NCBI GenBank assembly: GCA_963422375.2 | Contig: OY729427.2 | Span: 1,600,001-1,664,000 of the forward strand | DNA from: Bryobacterales bacterium | GTDB taxonomy: Bacteria > Acidobacteriota > Terriglobia > Bryobacterales > UBA6623 | Direction of reading: 5' to 3' | DNA: 64,000 nt | Part shown: one piece after another, positions 22,435 through 33,031 of the stretch | Numbering within the stretch: position 1 is the first letter of the stretch | How the letters are laid out: each line of letters begins with the position of its first letter | The notes under the pieces: model-generated | Database searches by the model: none | Told to the model about the DNA's origin: nothing | What the model saw: the letters and a program-made list of their open reading frames with translations, nothing else | Position numbers and translations under genes: made by a program

Positions 22435-23292
22435 TTATCCGGGCCGTCGGTTCAGGATGCGGAAGCGTGCCTCGCGCGTCGCCGGCAGGACTTCGTTGAG
22501 GGAGCCTTGCCGATACCCGGCCAGGTCCAGCGTGACGTATTTGAAACCGAGGCCGCGAAAGATCTCCACGAATCGGTCGGCCACATTCGGGTCGAGCGCC
22601 CGGGCCAGCTCGTCGCGGCCGATCTCGATCCTGGCGAGCTCGCCGTGATGGCGGACGCGGAAGACCCGGAAGCCCATGCGTCCCAGAGCCTCCTCGCCGC
22701 GCTCGACGGTCCTAAGGTTCTCGGCAGTGACCCGAGTGCCGTAGGGAATCCGCGAGCTGAGGCACGCGGCGGCGGGGCGGTCCCACGTCGGCAGGCCCGC
22801 CGCTTTCGACAGCGCGCGAATCTCGCGCTTGGCGAGGTCGGCCTCGAGAAGCGGGGCGCGGACTGCGTGCATTCGCGCGGCGCGGTGGCCGGGACGGAAG
22901 TCGGACGTGTCGTCCTTGTTCACGCCGTAGATGATCGTGGGGATGCCGAGGTCGTCGCCGAGGTCGCTCATGCGGTTGAAGAGCTCGTCCTTGCAGTGGA
23001 AGCAGCGGTTCGTATCGTTGCGCGTGTACTCGGGGTTGTCGAACTCGGAGGTTCTGATGACGCGATGGCGGATTCCGAAGTCCTTGGCGAACCGGGCCGC
23101 GTCCAGCATGTGGGACTCCGGCATCGAGGCGGAGTCCGCCGTTACCGCCAGCGCGCCGTCGGCGAGGACGCGGCTCGCCGCCCAAGCGAGGAATGCGGAA
23201 TCCGCGCCCCCGGAATAGGCAACGAGCACCGTGCCCATGTCGGCCAGCAGCTCAAAGAGCCTCGCTTGCTTCCCTTGGAGCGCTGCGTCCAC
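22435..23292 (-). CDS. larE: ATP-dependent sacrificial sulfur transferase LarE family
   Basis: PP-loop AYSGGADS, RCFHCK, DFRPG, AACLSSRIPYG, RVRHHG..ARIE, TLDLAGYRQGSLN. Confidence 0.92.
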   Translation of the reverse strand: MDAALQGKQARLFELLADMGTVLVAYSGGADSAFLAWAASRVLADGALAVTADSASMPESHMLDAARFAKDFGIRHRVIRTSEFDNPEYTRNDTNRCFHCKDELFNRMSDLGDDLGIPTIIYGVNKDDTSDFRPGHRAARMHAVRAPLLEADLAKREIRALSKAAGLPTWDRPAAACLSSRIPYGTRVTAENLRTVERGEEALGRMGFRVFRVRHHGELARIEIGRDELARALDPNVADRFVEIFRGLGFKYVTLDLAGYRQGSLNEVLPATREARFRILNRRPG

Positions 23293-23343
23293 GAGACGCT
23301 CATTATATACGGCGGTCGGCAGGCTGTCGCTCCGGCACCTCCC

Positions 23344-24621
23344 TCAACTCCCGAAGTACGAAGAGCCGCCTGTCAGGTGCCGTCTGCAGGCCTCCTCGTT
23401 GAGCTCGATGCCTAGCCCGGGCCTCTCGGATAGCACGTAGTGGCCCTCTTGGTAGAACGGGCCGTCGCGCTTGATGAGGTCGTCCCAGTGCTCCAGCTCC
23501 ACCGAGTCCGACTCGAGAGCGACGAAAGAGCGGATCGCGGCGCAAGCATGCGCGTTGGCCACGGTCCCTACGGGCGTGCACATGTTGTGGCATGCGAACG
23601 TGATGTAGTACTGGTCCGCCCAGTCCGCGATGCGCTTGGTCTCGAGCAGGCCCCCCGCCTTCTGAGGGTCGGGCTGCAGGATGTCGGCTGCCTGCTTCTC
23701 GATGAACGGGCGGAAGGAGTGGCGCGTGTAGAGATTCTCGCCCGTGCAGGTCGGCACGGCGCACTCGCTCGTGAAGCGGGCCATCGCGTCCGCGTTTTGC
23801 GGGGGGAGCGGATCCTCGATGAACCAGAGGTTCAGATCGTCGACCATGCGGCTGAAGGACAGCGCGTCGGCGTAGTTGTAGTTGAAGTGGAGGTCGATGC
23901 CGAGCGGATAGTGCTCGCCGAGCCTCTCGCGGACCGCCTCTAGGATCGCTCGCCACTGCTTCATCTCTAGGGACGAGATGCCGCGATTCCAGATCTCGCC
24001 GCGGTACTGGAACGGCTCGCCGCGAATCGCCCGCCCCCTGCTCTCCCAGTCCATGTCGAACTTGGTCGCGAGGAATCCGTATGCGAGCGATTTCTCCGCC
24101 TCGGCGACCCAAGCCCCCGGGTCGGGGGTCTGCGGCGACCCGGTGTCGTGGTAGATCAGGACTTTGTCGCGGAAGCGACCGCCCAGCAGCACGTACACGG
24201 GCACGCCGAGAATCTTTCCGGCCAGATCCCACAGCGCCGTCTCCAATCCGCTGATGGCGCTCGGAAGCGACCCGGTCCACGAGCCGTGACCGAGCTGGGC
24301 CTCTGCCATCTTCGTTGCCAGGTAATCTACCTGAAGCGGATCCTCCCCGCGAAGGATGTCTTCGAAGGAGCGGACGTGGCTCAGGATGCCGTCGCGGTTA
24401 TAGGATTCGCCGATGCCGAAGACGCCGGCATCGGTCTCGATTCGGACGAGGTGCGCCGGGTACTTGATGTGGACGGTCGCCGTCTTTACGGCCGTTATCT
24501 TCACCTTGCCGAGGAGGCTCTCCGCTGCGGGGTGGGCCCGTAGCACCTGCGACGCGTCGGGCGCGAACGGCCCGGCCGCGGCGCACACACCGGCTTTCAG
24601 GAACTGGCGTCGACCGAGCAT
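23344..24621 (-). CDS. Mandelate racemase/muconate lactonizing (enolase superfamily) enzyme with Tat signal
   Basis: GRRQFLK; ISGLETALWDLAGK, IDLH, FIEDP, TGENL, LQPD..K.GG, ACHN, PGLGIELNEE. Confidence 0.9.
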   Translation of the reverse strand: MLGRRQFLKAGVCAAAGPFAPDASQVLRAHPAAESLLGKVKITAVKTATVHIKYPAHLVRIETDAGVFGIGESYNRDGILSHVRSFEDILRGEDPLQVDYLATKMAEAQLGHGSWTGSLPSAISGLETALWDLAGKILGVPVYVLLGGRFRDKVLIYHDTGSPQTPDPGAWVAEAEKSLAYGFLATKFDMDWESRGRAIRGEPFQYRGEIWNRGISSLEMKQWRAILEAVRERLGEHYPLGIDLHFNYNYADALSFSRMVDDLNLWFIEDPLPPQNADAMARFTSECAVPTCTGENLYTRHSFRPFIEKQAADILQPDPQKAGGLLETKRIADWADQYYITFACHNMCTPVGTVANAHACAAIRSFVALESDSVELEHWDDLIKRDGPFYQEGHYVLSERPGLGIELNEEACRRHLTGGSSYFGS

Positions 24622-24720
24622 GGCGATATCTTACTCGAACGCCGCGGCTGTCGATCTAGCCGGGCGTCGCGGCTCGCGGGAACCGACGCTGGCATTGGGA
24701 GCCGCCTCGGCCCTGCACGC

Positions 24721-25176
24721 TCAGAGCCGCTCGAGAACCGCGGCGACGTGCCCCTCCACCCTGACGTTGTCGTAGACCTCTTGGACGATTCCCTGTTCGT
24801 CGATGACGAACGTGGAGCGGACAACTCCTAGGTAGCGCTTGCCGAAGAGGCGCTTCTCGCGCCAAGCGCCGTAGGACTCCGAGATCTCGTGCCGGGGATC
24901 GCTGACTAGGGTGAAGGGAAGGCCGTGCTTCGCCTTGAACCGGTCGTGCGACCTGACGCTGTCTGGGCTGACTCCCAGGACGAGAGCGTTCTTGTCGGCG
25001 AAGCCGTTCCGGGCGTCGCGGAACTCGCGCGCTTCGGCCGAGCATCCGGCCGTGTTGTCGCGCGGATAGAAATAGAGCACGACCTTCTTGCCGCGTAAGT
25101 CGGACAGCCGCAAGCAGTTGCCGCCGTCGGTCTCGGCTGTGAAGTCGGGAGCGGGATCGCCCGGCTGCAGCTGCAT
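24721..25176 (-). CDS. bcp: Peroxiredoxin Bcp
   Basis: GDPAPDF, VVLYFYPRDNTAGCSAEA..FRD, GVSPDS, RSTFVID; real start at ATG 25176. Confidence 0.93.
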   Translation of the reverse strand: MQLQPGDPAPDFTAETDGGNCLRLSDLRGKKVVLYFYPRDNTAGCSAEAREFRDARNGFADKNALVLGVSPDSVRSHDRFKAKHGLPFTLVSDPRHEISESYGAWREKRLFGKRYLGVVRSTFVIDEQGIVQEVYDNVRVEGHVAAVLERL

Positions 25177-25689
25177 GCCGTCAGCGTAGCAGGGTGTGGT
25201 CGAGGCGACCGGATACGAGGCTGCTGTCGTTGGTCCGCGATTGCTGCTGTCATTCAGGGCCGAAGGATCCGGACAGCTGGAGTCGGCGCGAGGGTGACAA
25301 GGCACGGCATTACTGCTAGAGCTGAGCGCAAGTCCGCTTCCGGACCCTACAGAGCGAAGATATATTATCGAAAATACGAAGTATGAAGATAAACCTCCAG
25401 CTAGCGACGAAATACGGTCGGCGGATTTCGCCAGTGAAACGAAATCTGGACCGGTCATTGTGGTCAATCGAAGGGATGCAAGATCGCGATTGCCGCAGAT
25501 CACAGCCATCGCTCGGAGGCAGGCTTGCCAATGGCACGGGAGCTCGCTGCGTCGGAGCGGGCGATCAGGCGACGCCAGGAGCGAGACGACCGCCTCAGAT
25601 CCGGCGTCGGCCTGCCTTCCAGTCACTGGAGATGCGATTCGTCCTCCCTGCCCGCCGCGGGCTCCTCGCCGTGTTCCCTGCCCCCGTGG

Positions 25690-26749
25690 CAATCGGATCT
25701 CGCGCTCGCTCGCAAAGGGAGAAAAGGTGCTCGACGCGTTGGCGATCGGAACCGAAGCGGGCGCGACGGTGCAGGCGGTCCACCGCCAGGTCCAGCGCTT
25801 GGTGGGCATGCCGCAGGTTCGGCGGCATCGGGTTAGGGGCTCAGAGTTCCGCTAGCGTCGCGCCGGGGCGGGCGGCCCGGGCATGGAGGACGGCCCGTGC
25901 GAGCAGTTCCAGCGACGGAGGGTCAGCCTGCCCGCATACAATGGCGGGCGGCGTCGGGAGAGTGTTGTAGACGACGCCGACGGAATACATGTAATCGCTG
26001 TCCGTCCGCCCGGTTACCGCAGGCATCCATGCCACGTGCATCGCCGACGTGAGCAGCGCGAATTCCGCGAGGGTCGCGTCGGGCAGCAGCCGAAGCCTGT
26101 CGCATGGCATGACCGGAGGGGCCAGCCAGCTGATCGGGACGCGTTCGCGCCGTTCGGAGCGGCACCCCTAGGAAGGGGCGGCCGGCAGGACATTCACGTG
26201 AGAGAACGTCGGCGATGCGGCCAGTCTTCGGATCGGCTCGCTCTTGCTGGCCTGCCGCCAGACGCGAACGGCGTTACGCTCGCGGAACCGCGGCAGGCGG
26301 GCCAGCTCCGCTGGCGAGGCTTCAAGCAAGGCGAGAATCCAGCGGGCACCGCCGCGCAAGTATTCGTGCGCGCCCACGAAGGAGCGCAGGTATCGCGCGG
26401 CACCCGGCTCGGATTCCAGCAAGGCCCGCCTTGCGGAGTTGAATATGCATCAGCAGTTGTTGAGCTGCTTCGAGCCCGTGATCAGCTGGCGCAGCCCTTT
26501 GACTCTCCTCGCGCACGACCACGTGCGGGTCGGCCAGCGCTCCGCCGTCGAGCAGGTAAGGCGTGATCTCGGCGGAGCGGCTCTCCCGCGGCTCCCCATT
26601 CACGTCCGGGCACCAGAACAGGTGCCTGTCCCGCGGAGCGTGCTCGGCTGCGTCCAGCCCGATTTCGACGACTTGCACGTGGGCCCTGCCGCGGGCGTCG
26701 GCCCACTCGCGGGCGAAGCTGGCGGCGTCTCGTTCCACGGGAGTCTCAT
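25690..26749 (-). pseudogene. MmeI/YeeA-like type IIL restriction-modification gene remnant
   Basis: Fragments in several frames: MRLPWNE/AASFAREWADA, AHVQVVEIGL, LRSFVGAHEYLRGGARWIL, FALLTSAMHVAWM..V.GR..SDYMYS...VYNT.P.P, ATLAEL*, MPPNLRHAHQALDLAVDRL, RVEHLF. Frameshifts, stops and a large deletion. Confidence 0.85.
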
Positions 26750-27098
26750 CGCCGCAGTTGCCATATTTCTACGGGGGCCGGCGCGAGCCGGCAAGCGGCA
26801 CTCGAAGGAGTTCCGGCAAGAATGAATGCAGGCCGGATCCCGCCGGTCGCTCGTCGGCCGACTGCGTTCTGCGGAGCGGGTTGCGGGATATCTGGCGAAG
26901 TTCCTGTTCGACCCGCGGAAGTGGACGGAATCATCCGAGAGTGTGGAGCGTTCAATCGAAGAGTTCGGCCGAGCAATGCGCTCTCGCCGGTTGCTCGGAT
27001 CCTCGAGGGCGCCCGCTCTGGCGCCTCGCGGTCGCGAGCCGGAGAATGTCTTGGGGTGTGGCAGGTATAATCCCAATCGCCTCCGAGGCAGTCATCAA

Positions 27099-28040
27099 GT
27101 GCTGGCTGTTGTTCTTTCTCTGATTCTCCTAGCGAGCTGTTCGCCGAGCCCGCCGGTTCCCGAAGGGGCCGCAGCTTTGGAAGTCGCCGAGCAGGACGGC
27201 GGGTACATGTTCCGGGAGTCGGGTAGCCCGGTGCTCTTCTATCGGCTCGAGCCGAAATCGCTGGACGGTGCCTACGAGCGGTCGAACTACGTCCACCCGC
27301 TGTACGGCTTGGACGGCGAGGTGCTAACCGAGGACTTTCCCCGTGACCACCGGCACCACCGAGGAGTGTATTGGACGTGGCACCAAGTGCTGGTCGGAGA
27401 CGTGCGTGCCGGCGATCCTTGGCTGGCCCAGCGATTCTCGTGGCAGGTGCAGGAGCAAGGGATGCTCCCGGCCGGAAACGGGCTGTTTCTCAGGCATCGC
27501 TGGTTCTCTCCCGATTTCCTTCATGGGCGGGAGCCGATCCTCGAAGAGACCGCCGAAGTCGTGGTGCATCCCGCGGAGGGGGACCGGCGTGCGATCGACT
27601 TCGACATCCGCCTCGTTCCCTTGCAGGACGGCGTGCGCTTGGGAGGTTCCGAGGATGACAAGGGCTACGGAGGGTTCTCCGTTCGCGTCGCGATGCGTCC
27701 TGACTTGGAATTCGTCGGTGCCGGTGGCGCGATCATGCCTGACCGGCGCGCGCTCGAAGCGGGCAACTGGGTCGATTTCTCGGCCGACTTTGCCGGATCC
27801 GGCAGTCCGAGCGGGGTGGCTGTGCTGGTGCATCCCGTCTCCGCGGGCTACCCCCAGCGGTGGATCCTGCGGTCGCCGACCACGCCTAGCATGCAAAACC
27901 CCGTCTGGCCCGGGCCGGACGCCGTGGCCCTGAAGCGCGGCGAGGCGACCCGCCTGCGCTACAGGCTCGTCGTCCACCGCGGAAACGCTTCGAGCTTGGC
28001 CTTGGACGCCCTGTGGGAGGAATTCGCGGCCATGCCTTGA
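27099..28040 (+). CDS. PmoA-like/DUF6807 family lipoprotein
   Basis: Lipobox LLASC; RSNYVHPLYGLDGEVLTEDFP.DHRHHRG.YW, KGYGGFSVR, LRYRLVVH; TATAAT upstream; GTG start inferred. Confidence 0.75.
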   Translation: MLAVVLSLILLASCSPSPPVPEGAAALEVAEQDGGYMFRESGSPVLFYRLEPKSLDGAYERSNYVHPLYGLDGEVLTEDFPRDHRHHRGVYWTWHQVLVGDVRAGDPWLAQRFSWQVQEQGMLPAGNGLFLRHRWFSPDFLHGREPILEETAEVVVHPAEGDRRAIDFDIRLVPLQDGVRLGGSEDDKGYGGFSVRVAMRPDLEFVGAGGAIMPDRRALEAGNWVDFSADFAGSGSPSGVAVLVHPVSAGYPQRWILRSPTTPSMQNPVWPGPDAVALKRGEATRLRYRLVVHRGNASSLALDALWEEFAAMP

Positions 28041-28073
28041 GAGCGTGGCCGAGCTTCCGCGCCACCGCCGCCG

Positions 28074-29378
28074 TCAGCTCGGCGATGGGCTCGCGAGCCC
28101 GCCGTCTGCCGACCACACGACTTTGCCGTCGATGATCGTCTTGACCGGGCCGCCCCGGAACGCCTGGCCGTCGAACGGGGAGTTCTTGCTCTTCGACAGC
28201 GTCGCTCCCACGTCGTATGTCCACTCTCGCTCGGTCGAGAAGAGCGTCAGGTCGGCCGCGCCGCCCGGGCGCAGGCGGCCTAGGCCGAGTCCGAGGCAGT
28301 CGCTGGCAGCGCTCGTGAAGAGCCCGACTAAGTCGACTAGGCTGACGCGCCCGCTGTGATAGAGGGTCTTCAGGGACAGCCCGAGGGCGGTCTCCAGCCC
28401 CGTCACGCCAAACGGGCAGCGCTCGAACTCCTGCATTTTCGTGTGCCCGGTGTGCGGCGCGTGGTCCGTGGCGATGCAATCGATGGTGCCGTCAGCCAGG
28501 CCGTCGATCGCCGCATCGATGTCGTGCTGCGTTCGCAGCGGCGGCTTCATCTTGAAGTTGGAATCGTAGCCCGGAATACGGCTGTCGGCTAGGGCGATGT
28601 GGTGCGGAGTCACTTCCGCCGTGACCGGAATCCCGAGCGACTTCGCGTGGCGCACCATGGCGATGGAGTTTGCCGTGGAAATGTGCGCGATGTGGACCCG
28701 CGCCCCCGTGTCCGCCGCGAGGATGATGTCTCTAGCAACCATGACGTCCTCGGAGCATCCCGGGATGCCTCCCAGTCCCAGGCGCATGCTCTGGATACCC
28801 TCGTGGATATCCCCCCCGGCGCTCAGCGACAGGTCCTCGCAGTGGTCGATGACCGTGAGCCCGAACGTGGCCGCGTACTTCATGGCCCGGCGCATCAGGC
28901 CCGAGTTCATGACCGGAACGCCGTCGTCGCTGATTGCCACGGCGCCCTCCGCCTGCATGGCTCCGATGTCGGCCAGCCGCTCTCCCCTGCTGCCCTTCGA
29001 GATCGCCCCGATCGGGAGGACGTGAACGACCGCCGTGCGGCGCGCGCGCTCCACGATGAAGCTCGTGACCTGAGCGGAGTCGTTGACGGGGAGGGTGTTC
29101 GGCATGCAGCACACGGTTGTGAAGCCGCCGGCCGCCGCCGCTCGCGAGCCGCTCTCGAGGGTCTCCGCATGCTCGATTCCAGGCTCGCGCAGGTGGACGT
29201 GGATGTCCACGAATCCCGGTGCCACGACGAGCTCGCCCGCGTCCAGCACTTCGGCCCCGGGGCACTCGATCCGCGGCTCGATCGCGACGATGCTGTCGCC
29301 GTCGATCAGGATGTCGCGCTTCGCATCGAGCCCGCTTTCCGGGTCGACCGTCCGTCCCTTGCGGATCAGCAGGCGCAT
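28074..29378 (-). CDS. pyrC: Dihydroorotase
   Basis: PGFVDIHVHLREPG, CMPNT, HCED, HIAHIST, KMKPPLR, IATDHAPH, SKNSPF. Confidence 0.95.
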   Translation of the reverse strand: MRLLIRKGRTVDPESGLDAKRDILIDGDSIVAIEPRIECPGAEVLDAGELVVAPGFVDIHVHLREPGIEHAETLESGSRAAAAGGFTTVCCMPNTLPVNDSAQVTSFIVERARRTAVVHVLPIGAISKGSRGERLADIGAMQAEGAVAISDDGVPVMNSGLMRRAMKYAATFGLTVIDHCEDLSLSAGGDIHEGIQSMRLGLGGIPGCSEDVMVARDIILAADTGARVHIAHISTANSIAMVRHAKSLGIPVTAEVTPHHIALADSRIPGYDSNFKMKPPLRTQHDIDAAIDGLADGTIDCIATDHAPHTGHTKMQEFERCPFGVTGLETALGLSLKTLYHSGRVSLVDLVGLFTSAASDCLGLGLGRLRPGGAADLTLFSTEREWTYDVGATLSKSKNSPFDGQAFRGGPVKTIIDGKVVWSADGGLASPSPS

Positions 29379-29391
29379 CGCGGCCTCGCCC

Positions 29392-30315
29392 CTAGGTCCC
29401 GCAGGCGCGTTCCAGCACCGCCATGCGGATCGCCACGCCGTTCTCTACCTGGCTCAGAATCAACGACCGCTGCGAGTCGGCGACTTCGCTCGAGATCTCG
29501 CGACCCCGATTGATCGGCCCCGGATGCATCACGATCGCGTCCGGCTTGGCGAGGCCGAGGTGTTTGAGGTTGAGCCCGTAGTACCGGAAATACTCGCTCT
29601 TCGGAAACAGCTCGACGTTCTGGCGCTCGAGCTGGACCCTCAGCATCATGATGACGTCCGCGTCGCGCACGGCCTCGCGCATGTCGTAGGCGAGGCTCAC
29701 CCCCGGCGCCAGGTGGGTCAAGTTCTTCGAGACGGTGGTCGCCGGCCCGCACGCGACGAGGTCCGCGCCGAACTTGGCGAGCAGGTGGATGTTCGAGCGC
29801 GCCACTCGCGAGTGCGCGATATCGCCGATGATCGCCACCCGCAGGCCCTCCAGCGTGCCCTTGACCTCGAGGATCGTCAGGGCGTCCAGCAGTGCCTGCG
29901 TCGGGTGCTCGTGGCGTCCGTCGCCCCCGTTGATCATCGCGGTGGCGAGGAACCGGGCTAGAAAGTGGGGGGCCCCGGAAGCCGCGTGCCGCATCACGAT
30001 GATGTCGGGATTCATCGCCGCGAGAGTATTGAGGGTGTCCACCAGCGACTCGCCTTTCGAGAGGCTGGTGCCCAACGCTTGGATCCCGATAATGTCCGCG
30101 CCCAGGCGCTTCGCCGCGATCTCGAAGCTGGTGCGCGTGCGCGTGGACGGCTCGAAGAAGAGATTGACGATCAAGCGCCCGAGAAGCGTGTTCAGCTTCT
30201 TGTTCGGCGGAACCGACTTGTAGTGGCGGCCTCGCTCGAGCAGGCGCTCGATCTCGACGCGGCCTAGGTCCTCCATGCCGAGCAGGTTGCGAGGGTTCGG
30301 AACCGGGCGCGGCAA
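29392..30315 (-). CDS. pyrB: Aspartate carbamoyltransferase catalytic subunit
   Basis: FFEPSTRTRTSFE, NGGDGRHEHPTQALLD, GDIAHSRVARS, LRVQLER, MHPGPINRG; start approximate (TTG). Confidence 0.95.
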   Translation of the reverse strand: MPRPVPNPRNLLGMEDLGRVEIERLLERGRHYKSVPPNKKLNTLLGRLIVNLFFEPSTRTRTSFEIAAKRLGADIIGIQALGTSLSKGESLVDTLNTLAAMNPDIIVMRHAASGAPHFLARFLATAMINGGDGRHEHPTQALLDALTILEVKGTLEGLRVAIIGDIAHSRVARSNIHLLAKFGADLVACGPATTVSKNLTHLAPGVSLAYDMREAVRDADVIMMLRVQLERQNVELFPKSEYFRYYGLNLKHLGLAKPDAIVMHPGPINRGREISSEVADSQRSLILSQVENGVAIRMAVLERACGT

Positions 30316-30386
30316 TCTCGGCGCAATCCTCCGTCCGTAACCATCATAGCGAGAGGCCTTCCGTGCCGAGGGCCTCGCGCCGCCCG

Positions 30387-31934
30387 TCAGGATGGGCCCG
30401 GGTTGACGACAGCGGCTGCGATCGAATCCACGAGGTGTCGAGTCGACGACGAGGCAAGGCCGAAGTTGTTCGCGAAGATCGAGAATGCGTACGCCCTGCC
30501 GTCGCCGGTCAGGGCGTAGCCCGACAGGGCCAGAACGTGGGACATCGAACCGGTCTTGGCGCGGATTCGACCGAGTGCCGCCGAGCGCCGGAAGCGCCAG
30601 TCGAGGGTGCCGTCTTGGCCGGCGACCGGTAGGCTGTCGAGGTAGGCTTGCCGGTTGCGGGAAGTCCACATGTGCTCCAGCAGCTGCACCGTGGCTCCTG
30701 GCGAGAGGAGGTTCTGACGGGACAGTCCCGAGCCGTCGCGCAGGACGAATTCGCCCGCGCCGATCCCGATCTCCGCGAGAAAGCGCCGCATGCTCGCCAC
30801 CGCGGCCTCGCGGCTGCCGATGCGTGCCTCCAGCAGGGCGACTTCCCTCATCAGCATCTCCGCGTGCAGGTTCTGGCTCTCCTTGTTGACCACGCGGATG
30901 GCCTCCGCGATGCTGCGGGAAGGGATCTCCGCTACCTTCCGGCCCGAGCGCGGAGCGGCCCGGCGGGTGCGCGAGCGCAGGCTGGGCAGCCGGTCGGGCA
31001 GCAGGTGATGCGCCCGCGCCCGTCCCTCGACTTCGACCCCTGCGTCGGTCAATGCCCGGCGCAGGGCGAGCGCGGCGAACCGCGCCGGGTCGAGAGCTGC
31101 CAGCTGCAGCGTCCTCCCGCTGGACCGCGCCGGGATCTGCCCCGAAACAACGACCTCGCCCGAGCGGATGCCGCGTCGCGCCTCCAGCCCGCGGCTGACG
31201 TGCCGGCCCGGCGTTGTCAGCGTGCGGTTCGCCAGCGTGTAAAAGGGCAGTGCCGGGAGGGGCAGCAGCCGCGCGGGCCCGCCCTCGGCCCCGGGCGCGA
31301 TCACTAGGTCGATCACGTTGTCGTTGAAGACCAATGCGCTGGCGGCGCTGCCGTAACCCTTCAGCGTGTCGGCATAGGCCCAGCCGCGGGTGTACGGCTG
31401 CCACACGTACCGCGAGCTGTCGCCGACGATGTCCCCGGAGACGCTGCGGATCCCTGCCTCTCGGACCTGCCGCGCCAGCCGGCGCATCGGCGCGAGCCGG
31501 TCGGCCGCAAAGTCGGCCTTCCTGCGGAACGGCAGCACGCGCGAGGAGAGGTTCGGGTCCCCGCCTCCGACGAGCCGCAGGTCGCCGTCCAAGCGGCCGT
31601 CCTCGCCGACTTGCCCGTCGGTCTCGACGGTCGTGGCGTGGACGTAGTCCGGGCCGAGCCGTTGCAGCGCCAGGGCGGTCGAGAACAGCTTCGCGTTCGA
31701 TGCCGGGACGAACAGCTTGTCGCGGTTGCGAGCGTAGATCGTCCCGCCGGTGTCGAGATCGCGCACGAGAATCCCCCAGAGGGTCCGCCTGGCTGCGGAA
31801 CGGCCTAGGAGCTCGTCGATGGCCGCCGCGAGCGCGCTGCCGCTGGCCCCGTCCTGCGGGCTTGCGGGACGCGCCAGCCCGCCGAGCAGGGCGCAGGCCA
31901 GCAGGATGAGGGTTGCCGCTCGCGCCGTCGCCAT
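30387..31934 (-). CDS. dacB: D-alanyl-D-alanine carboxypeptidase/endopeptidase (PBP4 family)
   Basis: PASNAK (SxxK), GGGDP, NKESQN (SxN), DGSGLSRQN, AKTGS (KTG). Confidence 0.93.
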   Translation of the reverse strand: MATARAATLILLACALLGGLARPASPQDGASGSALAAAIDELLGRSAARRTLWGILVRDLDTGGTIYARNRDKLFVPASNAKLFSTALALQRLGPDYVHATTVETDGQVGEDGRLDGDLRLVGGGDPNLSSRVLPFRRKADFAADRLAPMRRLARQVREAGIRSVSGDIVGDSSRYVWQPYTRGWAYADTLKGYGSAASALVFNDNVIDLVIAPGAEGGPARLLPLPALPFYTLANRTLTTPGRHVSRGLEARRGIRSGEVVVSGQIPARSSGRTLQLAALDPARFAALALRRALTDAGVEVEGRARAHHLLPDRLPSLRSRTRRAAPRSGRKVAEIPSRSIAEAIRVVNKESQNLHAEMLMREVALLEARIGSREAAVASMRRFLAEIGIGAGEFVLRDGSGLSRQNLLSPGATVQLLEHMWTSRNRQAYLDSLPVAGQDGTLDWRFRRSAALGRIRAKTGSMSHVLALSGYALTGDGRAYAFSIFANNFGLASSSTRHLVDSIAAAVVNPGPS

Positions 31935-31951
31935 CCCGTAGTCAGCCAAAG

Positions 31952-32923
31952 TCAGCCAAGGAAGCGGGCCGCATCCAGCGCGAAATAGGTCACGATGAAG
32001 TCCGCGCCCGCGCGCTTGATGCATTGCAGGCTCTCGATGATACACTTCTCGCCGTCCAGCCAGCCGTTATGGGCGGCGGCCCGCAGCATCGCGAACTCGC
32101 CGCTCACCTGGTAGGCGGCGGTCGGGACGCCGAACCGGCGCTTCGCTTGCGAAAGCACGTCGAGGTAGGGCATGGCCGGCTTGACCATGACCATGTCGGC
32201 CCCCTCCTCGAGGTCGGCGCGAATCTCCCGCATGGCCTCGCGACGGTTGGCGGGATCCATTTGGTAGCTGCGGCGGTCGCCGAACTGCGGCGTCGATTGC
32301 GCTGCGTCACGGAAGGGGCCGTAGAAGGACGAGGCGTACTTGGCCGCGTACGACAGGATTGGGACCGCGGTCAGCCCGGCGCCGTCGAGGGCGGAGCGGA
32401 CCGCGCCGACGCGACCGTCCATCATGTCGGAGGGCGCGATGATGTCGGCTCCGGCCCGCGCCTGCGACACGGCCGCCTTGCTGAGGAGCTCGAGGCTTGG
32501 GTCGTTGACGACGTCGCCGTCCTCGACGATTCCACAGTGCCCGTGGTCGGTGTACTCGCACAGGCACGTATCGGCGATGACGAGCAGTCCCGGCGCTTCG
32601 CGTTTCAGCGCGCGGACAGCTTGCTGGACGATTCCGCTCGCGTCGTACGCTCCGCTGCCGACAGGGTCCTTGGCGGGAGGTATCCCGAATACGATCACTC
32701 CCGGGACGCCGAGGCGCGCCGCGGTCCGGCATTCCTCGACCAGGCAGTCGACCGAGAAATTGAAGATTCCCGGCATCGAGGGAATCGGTACGCGGCACCC
32801 CTCGCCGGGACAGACGAAGACCGGATAGATCAGGTCGGCCGGCGAGAGCCGGGATTCCCGGACCAGCGAGCGCAGCTCCGGGCGGCCGCGGAGCCTGCGC
32901 AGCCGGTGGGTCGGGAAGGCCAC
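31952..32923 (-). CDS. hemB: Porphobilinogen synthase
   Basis: [51 protein letters not shown] start 7 nt after TAGAAT. Confidence 0.96.
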   Translation of the reverse strand: MAFPTHRLRRLRGRPELRSLVRESRLSPADLIYPVFVCPGEGCRVPIPSMPGIFNFSVDCLVEECRTAARLGVPGVIVFGIPPAKDPVGSGAYDASGIVQQAVRALKREAPGLLVIADTCLCEYTDHGHCGIVEDGDVVNDPSLELLSKAAVSQARAGADIIAPSDMMDGRVGAVRSALDGAGLTAVPILSYAAKYASSFYGPFRDAAQSTPQFGDRRSYQMDPANRREAMREIRADLEEGADMVMVKPAMPYLDVLSQAKRRFGVPTAAYQVSGEFAMLRAAAHNGWLDGEKCIIESLQCIKRAGADFIVTYFALDAARFLG

Positions 32924-33031
32924 CGGCCCCATTCTACTAGCCGGCTCCCGGCGAGCGGCGGTCGGTCTGATATGCTCTAATCCAGATGCCGCGGGGTGCC
33001 TCGGAGGGGCCCGCGCAGCTCGGCGATTCCC

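Noticed and set aside
29392..31404. 670-aa PyrB with a long N-terminal extension; similar extensions on bcp (to 25809), FGE (from 51482) and the IS4 transposase (from 53918)
   Set aside because: The extensions overlap neighbouring genes or intergenic DNA, and better starts with RBS, -10 elements or family-typical N-termini lie downstream.
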